From NCBI RefSeq assembly GCF_009914755.1, contig NC_060928.1: 64,000 nucleotides of DNA; one strand, written 5' to 3'. The notes under the pieces were generated by a model. It worked only from the letters and a program-made list of their open reading frames with translations, made no database searches and was not told where the DNA came from. Numbering within the stretch: the first letter of the stretch is position 1; each line of letters begins with the position of its first letter. The position numbers and the translations under genes were made by a program. The stretch is from the human T2T-CHM13v2.0 reference genome, Homo sapiens. Below, piece by piece: positions 23,957 through 36,884 of the stretch.

Positions 23957-26900
23957 ATTCTCAGAAACTTGTTTGTGATGTGTGTATTCAACTAACAGAG
24001 TTGAACTTTTGTTTTTACAGAGCCGTTTTAAAACACTCTTTTTGTGGAATCAGAAAGTGGATATTCGGATGGCTCTGAGGATTTCGTTGGAAGCGGGATT
24101 ACATATAAAATCTAGAGAGAAGCATTCTCAGGAACTTCTTTGTGATGTTTGCATTGAAGTCACAGAATTGAACATTCACTTTGATAGAGCAGGTTTGAAA
24201 CACTCATTCTGTAGTATCTGGAAGTGGACATTTCAAGCGCTTTCAGGCCTATGGTGAGAAAGGAAATATCTTCGAATAAAAACTAGACAGAAGCATCCTC
24301 AGAAACTTATTTGTGATGTGTGTCCTCAACTAACAGAGTTGAAACTTTGTTTTGATACAGCATTTTGGAAACACTCTTTTTGTAGAATCTGCAGGTGGAT
24401 ATTTGGATAGCTTAGAGGGATTAGTTGGAAAGGGGATATCTTCATATAAAATCTAGACAGAAGCATTCTCAGAAACTTATTTGTGATGTGTGTCCTCAAC
24501 TAACAGAGTTGAACCTTGGTTTTGATACAGCATTTTGGAAACACTCCTTTTGTAGAATCTGCAGGTGGATATGTGGATAGCTCTGAAGATTTCGTTGGAA
24601 ACGGGAATTTCTTCATATAAAATCAAACAGAAGCATTCTCAGAAACTTCTCAGTGATGTTTGCATTCAGCTCATGGAGTTGAACACTTCCTTTCATAGAG
24701 CCGGTTTGAAACACTCTTTCTGCACTACCTGGAAGAGGACATTTCGAGCGCTTTGAGTCCTATGGTGAAAAAGGAAATATCTTCTCATAAAAACCAGAAA
24801 GAAGCATTCTCAGAAACTACTTTGTGTTGTGTGTACTCATGTAACAGTGTTGAACCATCCTTTTGACAGAGCAGTTTTGAAATACTCTTTTTGTAGAATC
24901 TGCAAGTGGATATTTGGATAGCTTTGAGGATTTCGTTGGAAACGGGATGACATATAATCTCTAGAGAGAAGCATACTCAGGAACTTCTTTGTGATGTTTG
25001 CATTCAAGTCACAGAATTGAACATTCCCTTTCATAGAGCAGGTTTGAAACACTCTTTCTCTAGTATCTGGAAGTGGGCATTTCAAGCGCTTTCAGGCCTA
25101 TGGAGAGAAAGGAAATACCTTCAAATAAAAACTAGACAGAAGCATTCTCAGAAACTTATTTGTGATGTGTGTCCTCAACTAACAGAGTTGAACCTTTGTT
25201 TTGATACAGCATTTTGGAAACACTCCTTTTGTAGAATCTGCAGGTGGATATTTGGATAACTTTGAAGATTTCGTTGGAAACCGGAATATCTTCATATAAA
25301 ATCAAGACAGAAGCATTCTCGGAAACATCTCTGTGATGTTTGCATTCAACTCAGTAGAGTTGAACACTTCCTTTCATAGAGCAGGTTTGAAACACTCTTT
25401 CTGCACTACCTGGAAGCGGACATTTCGAGCGCTTTGAGGCCTATGGTGAAAAAGGAAATATCTTCTCATAAAAACCAGAAAGAAGCATTCTCAGAAACTT
25501 CTTTGTGTTGTGTGTACTCAAGTAACAGTGTTGAACCTTCCTTTTGACACAGCAGTTTTGAAACACTCTTTTGGTAGAATCTGCAAGTGGATATTTGGAT
25601 AGCTTTGAGGATTTCGTTGGAAACGGGTTATCTTCATATAAAATCCAGACAGGAGCATTCTCAGAAACTTCTTTGTGCTGCATGTCCTCAATTCACAGAG
25701 CTGAACCTTTGTTTGGATACAGCATTTTGGAAACATTCCTTTAGTAGAATCTGCAAGTTGATATTTAGATAGCTTTGAAGATTTCGTTGGAAACGGGAAT
25801 ATCTTCATAGAAAATCTAGACGGAAGCATTCTCAGAAACTGCTTTGTGATGTTTGCATTCAAGTCACAGAGTTGAATATTCCCTTTTATAGAGTAGGTTT
25901 GAAACACTCTTTCGGCACTACCTGGAAGTGGATATTTCGAGCTCTTTGAGGCCTATGGTTAAAAGGAAATATCTTCCCATAAAAACTAGACAGAAGCCGT
26001 CTCAGAAACTTGTTTGTGATGTGTGTATTCAACTAACAGAGTTGAACATTTCTGTTACAGAGCAATTTTAAAACACTCTTTTTGTGGAATCTGAAAGTGG
26101 ATAATTGGATAGCTTTGTGGATTTCGTTGGAAACGGGATGACGTATAAAATCTAGAGAGAAGCATTCTCAGGAACTTCTTTGTGATGTTTGCATTCAAGT
26201 CACAGAATTGAACATTCCTTTTCATAGTGCAGGTTTGAAACACTCTTTCTGTAGTATCTGGAAGTGGACATTTCAAGCGCTTTCAGGCCTACGGGGAGAA
26301 AGGAAATATCTTCAAATAAAAACTAGACAGAAGGATTCTCAGAAACTTATTTGTGATGTGTGTCCTAAACGAACACAGTTGAACCTTTGTTTTGATACAG
26401 CATTTTGGAAACACTCCTTTTGTAGGATCTGCAGGTGGATATTTGGATAGATTTTAAGATTTCGTTGGAAACGGGAGTTTCTTCATAGAAACTCAAGACA
26501 GATGCATTCTCAGAAACATCTCTGTGATGTTTGCATTCCACTCATAGAGTTGAAAACTTCCTTTCATAGAGCAGGTTTGAAACACTCTTTTTGTAATATT
26601 TGGAAGTGGACATTTGCAGCACTTTGAGGCCTATGGTGAAAAAGGAAATATCTTCTCATAAAAACCAGAAACAAGCATTCTCAGAAACTTCTTTTTGATG
26701 TGTGTACTCAAGTAACAGAGTTGAACCTTCCTTTTGACACAGCAGTTTTGAAACAATCTTTTTGTAGAATCTGCAAGTGGATATTTGGATAGCTTTGAGG
26801 ATTTCGTTGGAAACGGGATATCTTCATATAAAATCTAGACAGAAGCATTCTCAGAAACTTCTTTGTGCTGTATGCCCTCAATTAACAGAGTTGAACCATT

Positions 26901-29900
26901 GCTTGGATACAGCATTTTGGAAACATTCCTTGAGTAGAATCTGCAAGTTGATATTTAGATAGATTTGAAGATTTCATTGGAAAAGGGAATATCTCCATAT
27001 AAAATCTAGAGGGAAGCATTCTCAGAAACTGCTTTGTGATGTTTCCATTCAAGTCACAGAGTTGAATATTCCCTTTTATAGAGCACGTTTGAAACACTCT
27101 TTCTGCACTATCTGGAAGTGGACATTTCGAGCGCTTTGAGGCCTATGGTGAAAAAGGAAATATCTTCCCATAAAAACTAGACAGAAGCATTCTCAGAAAC
27201 TTGTTTGTGATGTGTGTATTCAACTAACAGAGTTGAACTTTTGTTTTTACAGAGCCGTTTTAAAACACTCTTTTTGTGGAATCAGAAAGTGGATATTCGG
27301 ATGGCTCTGAGGATTTCGTTGGAAGCGGGATTACATATAAAATCTAGAGAGAAGCATTCTCAGGAACTTCTTTGTGATGTTTGCATTGAAGTCACAGAAT
27401 TGAACATTCACTTTGATAGAGCAGGTTTGAAACACTCATTCTGTAGTATCTGGAAGTGGACATTTCAAGCGCTTTCAGGCCTATGGTGAGAAAGGAAATA
27501 TCTTCGAATAAAAACTAGACAGAAGCATCCTCAGAAACTTATTTGTGATGTGTGTCCTCAACTAACAGAGTTGAAACTTTGTTTTGATACAGCATTTTGG
27601 AAACACTCTTTTTGTAGAATCTGCAGGTGGATATTTGGATAGCTTAGAGGGATTCGTTGGAAAGGGGATATCTTCATATAAAATCTAGACAGAAGCATTC
27701 TCAGAAACTTATTTGTGATGTGTGTCCTCAACTAACAGAGTTGAACCTTGGTTTTGATACAGCATTTTGGAAACGCTCCTTTTGTAGAATCTGCAGGTGG
27801 ATATGTGGATAGCTCTGAAGATTTCGTTGGAAACGGGAATTTCTTCATATAAAATCAAACAGAAGCATTCTCAGAAACTTCTCAGTGATGTTTGCATTCA
27901 GCTCATGGAGTTGAACACTTCCTTTCATAGAACCGGTTTGAAACACTCTTTCTGCACTACCTGGAAGAGGACATTTCGAGCGCTTTGAGTCCTATGGTGA
28001 AAAAGGAAATATCTTCTCATAAAAACCAGAAAGAAGCATTCTCAGAAACTTCTTTGTGTTGTGTGTACTCATGTAACAGTGTTGAACCATCCTTTTGACA
28101 GAGCAGTTTTGAAACACTCTTTTTGTAGAATCTGCAAGTGGATATTTGGATAGCTTTGAGGATTTCGTTGGAAACGGGATGACATATAATATCTAGAGAG
28201 AAGCATTCTCAGGAACTTCTTTGTGATGTTTGCATTCAAGTCACAGAATTGAACATTCCCTTTCATAGAGCAGGTTTGAAACACTCTTTCTCTAGTATCT
28301 GGAAGTGGGCATTTCAAGCGCTTTCAGGCCTATGGAGAGAAAGGAAATACCTTCAAATAAAAACTAGACAGAAGCATTCTCAGAAACTTATTTGTGATGT
28401 GTGTCCTCAACTAACAGACTTGAACCTTGGTTTTGATACAGCATTTTGGAAACGCTCCTTTTGTAGAATCTGCAGGTGGATATTTGGATAACTTTGAAGA
28501 TTTCATTGGAAACCGGAATATCTTCATATAAAATCAAGACAGAAGCATTCTCGGAAACATCTCTGTGATGTTTGCATTCAACTCAGTAGAGTTGAACACT
28601 TCCTTTCATAGAGCCGGTTTGAAACACTCTTTCTGCACTACCTGGAAGCGGACATTTCGAGCGCTTTGAGGCCTATGGTGAAAAAGGAAATATCTTCTCA
28701 TAAAAACCAGAAAGAAGCATTCTCAGAAACTTCTTTGTGTTGTGTGTACTCAAGTAACAGTGTTGAACCTTCCTTTTGACACAGCAGTTTTGAAACACTC
28801 TTTTGGTAGAATCTGCAAGTGGATATTTGGATAGCTTTGAGGATTTCGTTGGAAACGGGTTATCTTCATATAAAATCCAGACAGGAGCATTCTCAGAAAC
28901 TTCTTTGTGCTGCATGTCCTCAATTCACAGAGCTGAACCTTTGTTTGGATACAGCATTTTGGAAACATTCCTTTAGTAGAATCTGCAAGTTGATATTTAG
29001 ATAGCTTTGAAGATTTCGTTGGAAACGGGAATATCTTCATAGAAAATCTAGACGGAAGCATTCTCAGAAACTGCTTTGTGATGTTTGCATTCAAGTCACA
29101 GAGTTGAATATTCCCTTTTATAGAGTAGGTTTGAAACACTCTTTTGGCACTACCTGGAAGTGGATATTTCGAGCTCTTTGAGGCCTATGGTTAAAAGGAA
29201 ATATCTTCCCATAAAAACTAGACAGAAGCCGTCTCAGAAACTTGTTTGTGATGTGTGTATTCAACTAACAGAGTTGAACATTTCTGTTACAGAGCAATTT
29301 TAAAACACTCTTTTTGTGGAATCTGAAAGTGGATAATTGGATAGCTTTGTGGATTTCGTTGGAAACGGGATGACGTATAAAATCTAGAGAGAAGCATTCT
29401 CAGGAACTTCTTTCTGATGTTTGCATTCAAGTCACAGAATTGAACATTCCTTTTCATAGTGCAGGTTTGAAACACTCTTTCTGTAGTATCTGGAAGTGGA
29501 CATTTCAAGCGCTTTCAGGCCTACGGGGAGAAAGGAAATATCTTCAAATAAAAACTAGACAGAAGGATTCTCAGAAACTTATTTGTGATGTGTGTCCTAA
29601 ACGAACACAGTTGAACCTTTGTTTTGATACAGCATTTTGGAAACACTCCTTTTGTAGGATCTGCAGGTGGATATTTGGATAGATTTTAAGATTTCGTTGG
29701 AAACGGGAGTTTCTTCATAGAAACTCAAGACAGATGCATTCTCAGAAACATCTCTGTGATGTTTGCATTCCACTCATAGAGTTGAAAACTTCCTTTCATA
29801 GAGCAGGTTTGAAACACTCTTTTTGTAATATTTGGAAGTGGACATTTGCAGCACTTTGAGGCCTATGGTGAAAAAGGAAATATCTTCTCATAAAAACCAG

Positions 29901-32900
29901 AAACAAGCATTCTCAGAAACTTCTTTTTGATGTGTGTACTCAAGTAACAGAGTTGAACCTTCCTTTTGACACAGCAGTTTTGAAACAATCTTTTTGTAGA
30001 ATCTGCAAGTGGATATTTGGATAGCTTTGAGGATTTCGTTGGAAACGGGATATCTTCATATAAAATCTAGACAGAAGCATTCTCAGAAACTTCTTTGTGC
30101 TGTATGCCCTCAATTAACAGAGTTGAACCATTGCTTGGATACAGCATTTTGGAAACATTCCTTGAGTAGAATCTGCAAGTTGATATTTAGATAGATTTGA
30201 AGATTTCATTGGAAAAGGGAATATCTCCATATAAAATCTAGAGGGAAGCATTCTCAGAAACTGCTTTGTGATGTTTCCATTCAAGTCACAGAGTTGAATA
30301 TTCCCTTTTATAGAGCACGTTTGAAACACTCTTTCTGCACTATCTGGAAGTGGACATTTCGAGCGCTTTGAGGCCTATGGTGAAAAAGGAAATATCTTCC
30401 CATAAAAACTAGACAGAAGCATTCTCAGAAACTTGTTTGTGATGTGTGTATTCAACTAACAGAGTTGAACTTTTGTTTTTACAGAGCCGTTTTAAAACAC
30501 TCTTTTTGTGGAATCAGAAAGTGGATATTCGGATGGCTCTGAGGATTTCGTTGGAAGCGGGATTACATATAAAATCTAGAGAGAAGCATTCTCAGGAACT
30601 TCTTTGTGATGTTTGCATTGAAGTCACAGAATTGAACATTCACTTTGATAGAGCAGGTTTGAAACACTCATTCTGTAGTATCTGGAAGTGGACATTTCAA
30701 GCGCTTTCAGGCCTATGGTGAGAAAGGAAATATCTTCGAATAAAAACTAGACAGAAGCATCCTCAGAAACTTATTTGTGATGTGTGTCCTCAACTAACAG
30801 AGTTGAAACTTTGTTTTGATACAGCATTTTGGAAACACTCTTTTTGTAGAATCTGCAGGTGGATATTTGGATAGCTTAGAGGGATTCGTTGGAAAGGGGA
30901 TATCTTCATATAAAATCTAGACAGAAGCATTCTCAGAAACTTATTTGTGATGTGTGTCCTCAACTAACAGAGTTGAACCTTGGTTTTGATACAGCATTTT
31001 GGAAACGCTCCTTTTGTAGAATCTGCAGGTGGATATGTGGATAGCTCTGAAGATTTCGTTGGAAACGGGAATTTCTTCATATAAAATCAAACAGAAGCAT
31101 TCTCAGAAACTTCTCAGTGATGTTTGCATTCAGCTCATGGAGTTGAACACTTCCTTTCATAGAGCCGGTTTGAAACACTCTTTCTGCACTACCTGGAAGA
31201 GGACATTTCGAGCGCTTTGAGTCCTATGGTGAAAAAGGAAATATCTTCTCATAAAAACCAGAAAGAAGCATTCTCAGAAACTACTTTGTGTTGTGTGTAC
31301 TCATGTAACAGTGTTGAACCATCCTTTTGACAGAGCAGTTTTGAAACACTCTTTTTGTAGAATCTGCAAGTGGATATTTGGATAGCTTTGAGGATTTCGT
31401 TGGAAACGGGATGACATATAATCTCTAGAGAGAAGCATACTCAGGAACTTCTTTGTGATGTTTGCATTCAAGTCACAGAATTGAACATTCCCTTTCATAG
31501 AGCAGGTTTGAAACACTCTTTCTCTAGTATCTGGAAGTGGGCATTTCAAGCGCTTTCAGGCCTATGGAGAGAAAGGAAATACCTTCAAATAAAAACTAGA
31601 CAGAAGCATTCTCAGAAACTTATTTGTGATGTGTGTCCTCAACTAACAGAGTTGAACCTTTGTTTTGATACAGCATTTTGGAAACACTCCTTTTGTAGAA
31701 TCTGCAGGTGGATATTTGGATAACTTTGAAGATTTCGTTGGAAACCGGAATATCTTCATATAAAATCAAGACAGAAGCATTCTCGGAAACATCTCTGTGA
31801 TGTTTGCATTCAACTCAGTAGAGTTGAACACTTCCTTTCATAGAGCCGGTTTGAAACACTCTTTCTGCACTACCTGGAAGCGGACATTTCGAGCGCTTTG
31901 AGGCCTATGGTGAAAAAGGAAATATCTTCTCATAAAAACCAGAAAGAAGCATTCTCAGAAACTTCTTTGTGTTGTGTGTACTCAAGTAACAGTGTTGAAC
32001 CTTCCTTTTGACACAGCAGTTTTGAAACACTCTTTTGGTAGAATCTGCAAGTGGATATTTGGATAGCTTTGAGGATTTCGTTGGAAACGGGTTATCTTCA
32101 TATAAAATCCAGACAGGAGCATTCTCAGAAACTTCTTTGTGCTGCATGTCCTCAATTCACAGAGCTGAACCTTTGTTTGGATACAGCATTTTGGAAACAT
32201 TCCTTTAGTAGAATCTGCAAGTTGATATTTAGATAGCTTTGAAGATTTCGTTGGAAACGGGAATATCTTCATAGAAAATCTAGACGGAAGCATTCTCAGA
32301 AACTGCTTTGTGATGTTTGCATTCAAGTCACAGAGTTGAATATTCCCTTTTATAGAGTAGGTTTGAAACACTCTTTCGGCACTACCTGGAAGTGGATATT
32401 TCGAGCTCTTTGAGGCCTATGGTTAAAAGGAAATATCTTCCCATAAAAACTAGACAGAAGCCGTCTCAGAAACTTGTTTGTGATGTGTGTATTCAACTAA
32501 CAGAGTTGAACATTTCTGTTACAGAGCAATTTTAAAACACTCTTTTTGTGGAATCTGAAAGTGGATAATTGGATAGCTTTGTGGATTTCGTTGGAAACGG
32601 GATGACGTATAAAATCTAGAGAGAAGCATTCTCAGGAACTTCTTTCTGATGTTTGCATTCAAGTCACAGAATTGAACATTCCTTTTCATAGTGCAGGTTT
32701 GAAACACTCTTTCTGTAGTATCTGGAAGTGGACATTTCAAGCGCTTTCAGGCCTACGGGGAGAAAGGAAATATCTTCAAATAAAAACTAGACAGAAGGAT
32801 TCTCAGAAACTTATTTGTGATGTGTGTCCTAAACGAACACAGTTGAACCTTTGTTTTGATACAGCATTTTGGAAACACTCCTTTTGTAGGATCTGCAGGT

Positions 32901-35900
32901 GGATATTTGGATAGATTTTAAGATTTCGTTGGAAACGGGAGTTTCTTCATAGAAACTCAAGACAGATGCATTCTCAGAAACATCTCTGTGATGTTTGCAT
33001 TCCACTCATAGAGTTGAAAACTTCCTTTCATAGAGCAGGTTTGAAACACTCTTTTTGTAATATTTGGAAGTGGACATTTGCAGCACTTTGAGGCCTATGG
33101 TGAAAAAGGAAATATCTTCTCATAAAAACCAGAAACAAGCATTCTCAGAAACTTCTTTTTGATGTGTGTACTCAAGTAACAGAGTTGAACCTTCCTTTTG
33201 ACACAGCAGTTTTGAAACAATCTTTTTGTAGAATCTGCAAGTGGATATTTGGATAGCTTTGAGGATTTCGTTGGAAACGGGATATCTTCATATAAAATCT
33301 AGACAGAAGCATTCTCAGAAACTTCTTTGTGCTGTATGCCCTCAATTAACAGAGTTGAACCATTGCTTGGATACAGCATTTTGGAAACATTCCTTGAGTA
33401 GAATCTGCAAGTTGATATTTAGATAGATTTGAAGATTTCATTGGAAAAGGGAATATCTCCATATAAAATCTAGAGGGAAGCATTCTCAGAAACTGCTTTG
33501 TGATGTTTCCATTCAAGTCACAGAGTTGAATATTCCCTTTTATAGAGCACGTTTGAAACACTCTTTCTGCACTATCTGGAAGTGGACATTTCGAGCGCTT
33601 TGAGGCCTATGGTGAAAAAGGAAATATCTTCCCATAAAAACTAGACAGAAGCATTCTCAGAAACTTGTTTGTGATGTGTGTATTCAACTAACAGAGTTGA
33701 ACTTTTGTTTTTACAGAGCCGTTTTAAAACACTCTTTTTGTGGAATCAGAAAGTGGATATTCGGATGGCTCTGAGGATTTCGTTGGAAGCGGGATTACAT
33801 ATAAAATCTAGAGAGAAGCATTCTCAGGAACTTCTTTGTGATGTTTGCATTGAAGTCACAGAATTGAACATTCACTTTGATAGAGCAGGTTTGAAACACT
33901 CATTCTGTAGTATCTGGAAGTGGACATTTCAAGCGCTTTCAGGCCTATGGTGAGAAAGGAAATATCTTCGAATAAAAACTAGACAGAAGCATCCTCAGAA
34001 ACTTATTTGTGATGTGTGTCCTCAACTAACAGAGTTGAAACTTTGTTTTGATACAGCATTTTGGAAACACTCTTTTTGTAGAATCTGCAGGTGGATATTT
34101 GGATAGCTTAGAGGGATTCGTTGGAAAGGGGATATCTTCATATAAAATCTAGACAGAAGCATTCTCAGAAACTTATTTGTGATGTGTGTCCTCAACTAAC
34201 AGAGTTGAACCTTGGTTTTGATACAGCATTTTGGAAACGCTCCTTTTGTAGAATCTGCAGGTGGATATGTGGATAGCTCTGAAGATTTCGTTGGAAACGG
34301 GAATTTCTTCATATAAAATCAAACAGAAGCATTCTCAGAAACTTCTCAGTGATGTTTGCATTCAGCTCATGGAGTTGAACACTTCCTTTCATAGAACCGG
34401 TTTGAAACACTCTTTCTGCACTACCTGGAAGAGGACATTTCGAGCGCTTTGAGTCCTATGGTGAAAAAGGAAATATCTTCTCATAAAAACCAGAAAGAAG
34501 CATTCTCAGAAACTTCTTTGTGTTGTGTGTACTCATGTAACAGTGTTGAACCATCCTTTTGACAGAGCAGTTTTGAAACACTCTTTTTGTAGAATCTGCA
34601 AGTGGATATTTGGATAGCTTTGAGGATTTCGTTGGAAACGGGATGACATATAATATCTAGAGAGAAGCATTCTCAGGAACTTCTTTGTGATGTTTGCATT
34701 CAAGTCACAGAATTGAACATTCCCTTTCATAGAGCAGGTTTGAAACACTCTTTCTCTAGTATCTGGAAGTGGGCATTTCAAGCGCTTTCAGGCCTATGGA
34801 GAGAAAGGAAATACCTTCAAATAAAAACTAGACAGAAGCATTCTCAGAAACTTATTTGTGATGTGTGTCCTCAACTAACAGACTTGAACCTTGGTTTTGA
34901 TACAGCATTTTGGAAACGCTCCTTTTGTAGAATCTGCAGGTGGATATTTGGATAACTTTGAAGATTTCATTGGAAACCGGAATATCTTCATATAAAATCA
35001 AGACAGAAGCATTCTCGGAAACATCTCTGTGATGTTTGCATTCAACTCAGTAGAGTTGAACACTTCCTTTCATAGAGCCGGTTTGAAACACTCTTTCTGC
35101 ACTACCTGGAAGCAGACATTTCGAGCGCTTTGAGGCCTATGGTGAAAAAGGAAATATCTTCTCATAAAAACCAGAAAGAAGCATTCTCAGAAACTTCTTT
35201 GTGTTGTGTGTACTCAAGTAACAGTGTTGAACCTTCCTTTTGACACAGCAGTTTTGAAACACTCTTTTGGTAGAATCTGCAAGTGGATATTTGGATAGCT
35301 TTGAGGATTTCGTTGGAAACGGGTTATCTTCATATAAAATCCAGACAGGAGCATTCTCAGAAACTTCTTTGTGCTGCATGTCCTCAATTCACAGAGCTGA
35401 ACCTTTGTTTGGATACAGCATTTTGGAAACATTCCTTTAGTAGAATCTGCAAGTTGATATTTAGATAGCTTTGAAGATTTCGTTGGAAACGGGAATATCT
35501 TCATAGAAAATCTAGACGGAAGCATTCTCAGAAACTGCTTTGTGATGTTTGCATTCAAGTCACAGAGTTGAATATTCCCTTTTATAGAGTAGGTTTGAAA
35601 CACTCTTTTGGCACTACCTGGAAGTGGATATTTCGAGCTCTTTGAGGCCTATGGTTAAAAGGAAATATCTTCCCATAAAAACTAGACAGAAGCCGTCTCA
35701 GAAACTTGTTTGTGATGTGTGTATTCAACTAACAGAGTTGAACATTTCTGTTACAGAGCAATTTTAAAACACTCTTTTTGTGGAATCTGAAAGTGGATAA
35801 TTGGATAGCTTTGTGGATTTCGTTGGAAACGGGATGACGTATAAAATCTAGAGAGAAGCATTCTCAGGAACTTCTTTCTGATGTTTGCATTCAAGTCACA

Positions 35901-36884
35901 TAATTGAACATTCCTTTTCATAGTGCAGGTTTGAAACACTCTTTCTGTAGTATCTGGAAGTGGACATTTCAAGCGCTTTCAGGCCTACGGGGAGAAAGGA
36001 AATATCTTCAAATAAAAACTAGACAGAAGGATTCTCAGAAACTTATTTGTGATGTGTGTCCTAAACGAACACAGTTGAACCTTTGTTTTGATACAGCATT
36101 TTGGAAACACTCCTTTTGTAGGATCTGCAGGTGGATATTTGGATAGATTTTAAGATTTCGTTGGAAACGGGAGTTTCTTCATAGAAACTCAAGACAGATG
36201 CATTCTCAGAAACATCTCTGTGATGTTTGCATTCCACTCATAGAGTTGAAAACTTCCTTTCATAGAGCAGGTTTGAAACACTCTTTTTGTAATATTTGGA
36301 AGTGGACATTTGCAGCACTTTGAGGCCTATGGTGAAAAAGGAAATATCTTCTCATAAAAACCAGAAACAAGCATTCTCAGAAACTTCTTTTTGATGTGTG
36401 TACTCAAGTAACAGAGTTGAACCTTCCTTTTGACACAGCAGTTTTGAAACAATCTTTTTGTAGAATCTGCAAGTGGATATTTGGATAGCTTTGAGGATTT
36501 CGTTGGAAACGGGATATCTTCATATAAAATCTAGACAGAAGCATTCTCAGAAACTTCTTTGTGCTGTATGCCCTCAATTAACAGAGTTGAACCATTGCTT
36601 GGATACAGCATTTTGGAAACATTCCTTGAGTAGAATCTGCAAGTTGATATTTAGATAGATTTGAAGATTTCATTGGAAAAGGGAATATCTCCATATAAAA
36701 TCTAGAGGGAAGCATTCTCAGAAACTGCTTTGTGATGTTTCCATTCAAGTCACAGAGTTGAATATTCCCTTTTATAGAGCACGTTTGAAACACTCTTTCT
36801 GCACTATCTGGAAGTGGACATTTCGAGCGCTTTGAGGCCTATGGTGAAAAAGGAAATATCTTCCCATAAAAACTAGACAGAAGC
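23957..36884 (+). repeat. HOR units 8-11, four consecutive 3232-bp 19-mers (starts 23957, 27189, 30421, 33653)
   Basis: Exact 3232-bp spacing of the marker ORFs. Confidence 0.95.
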
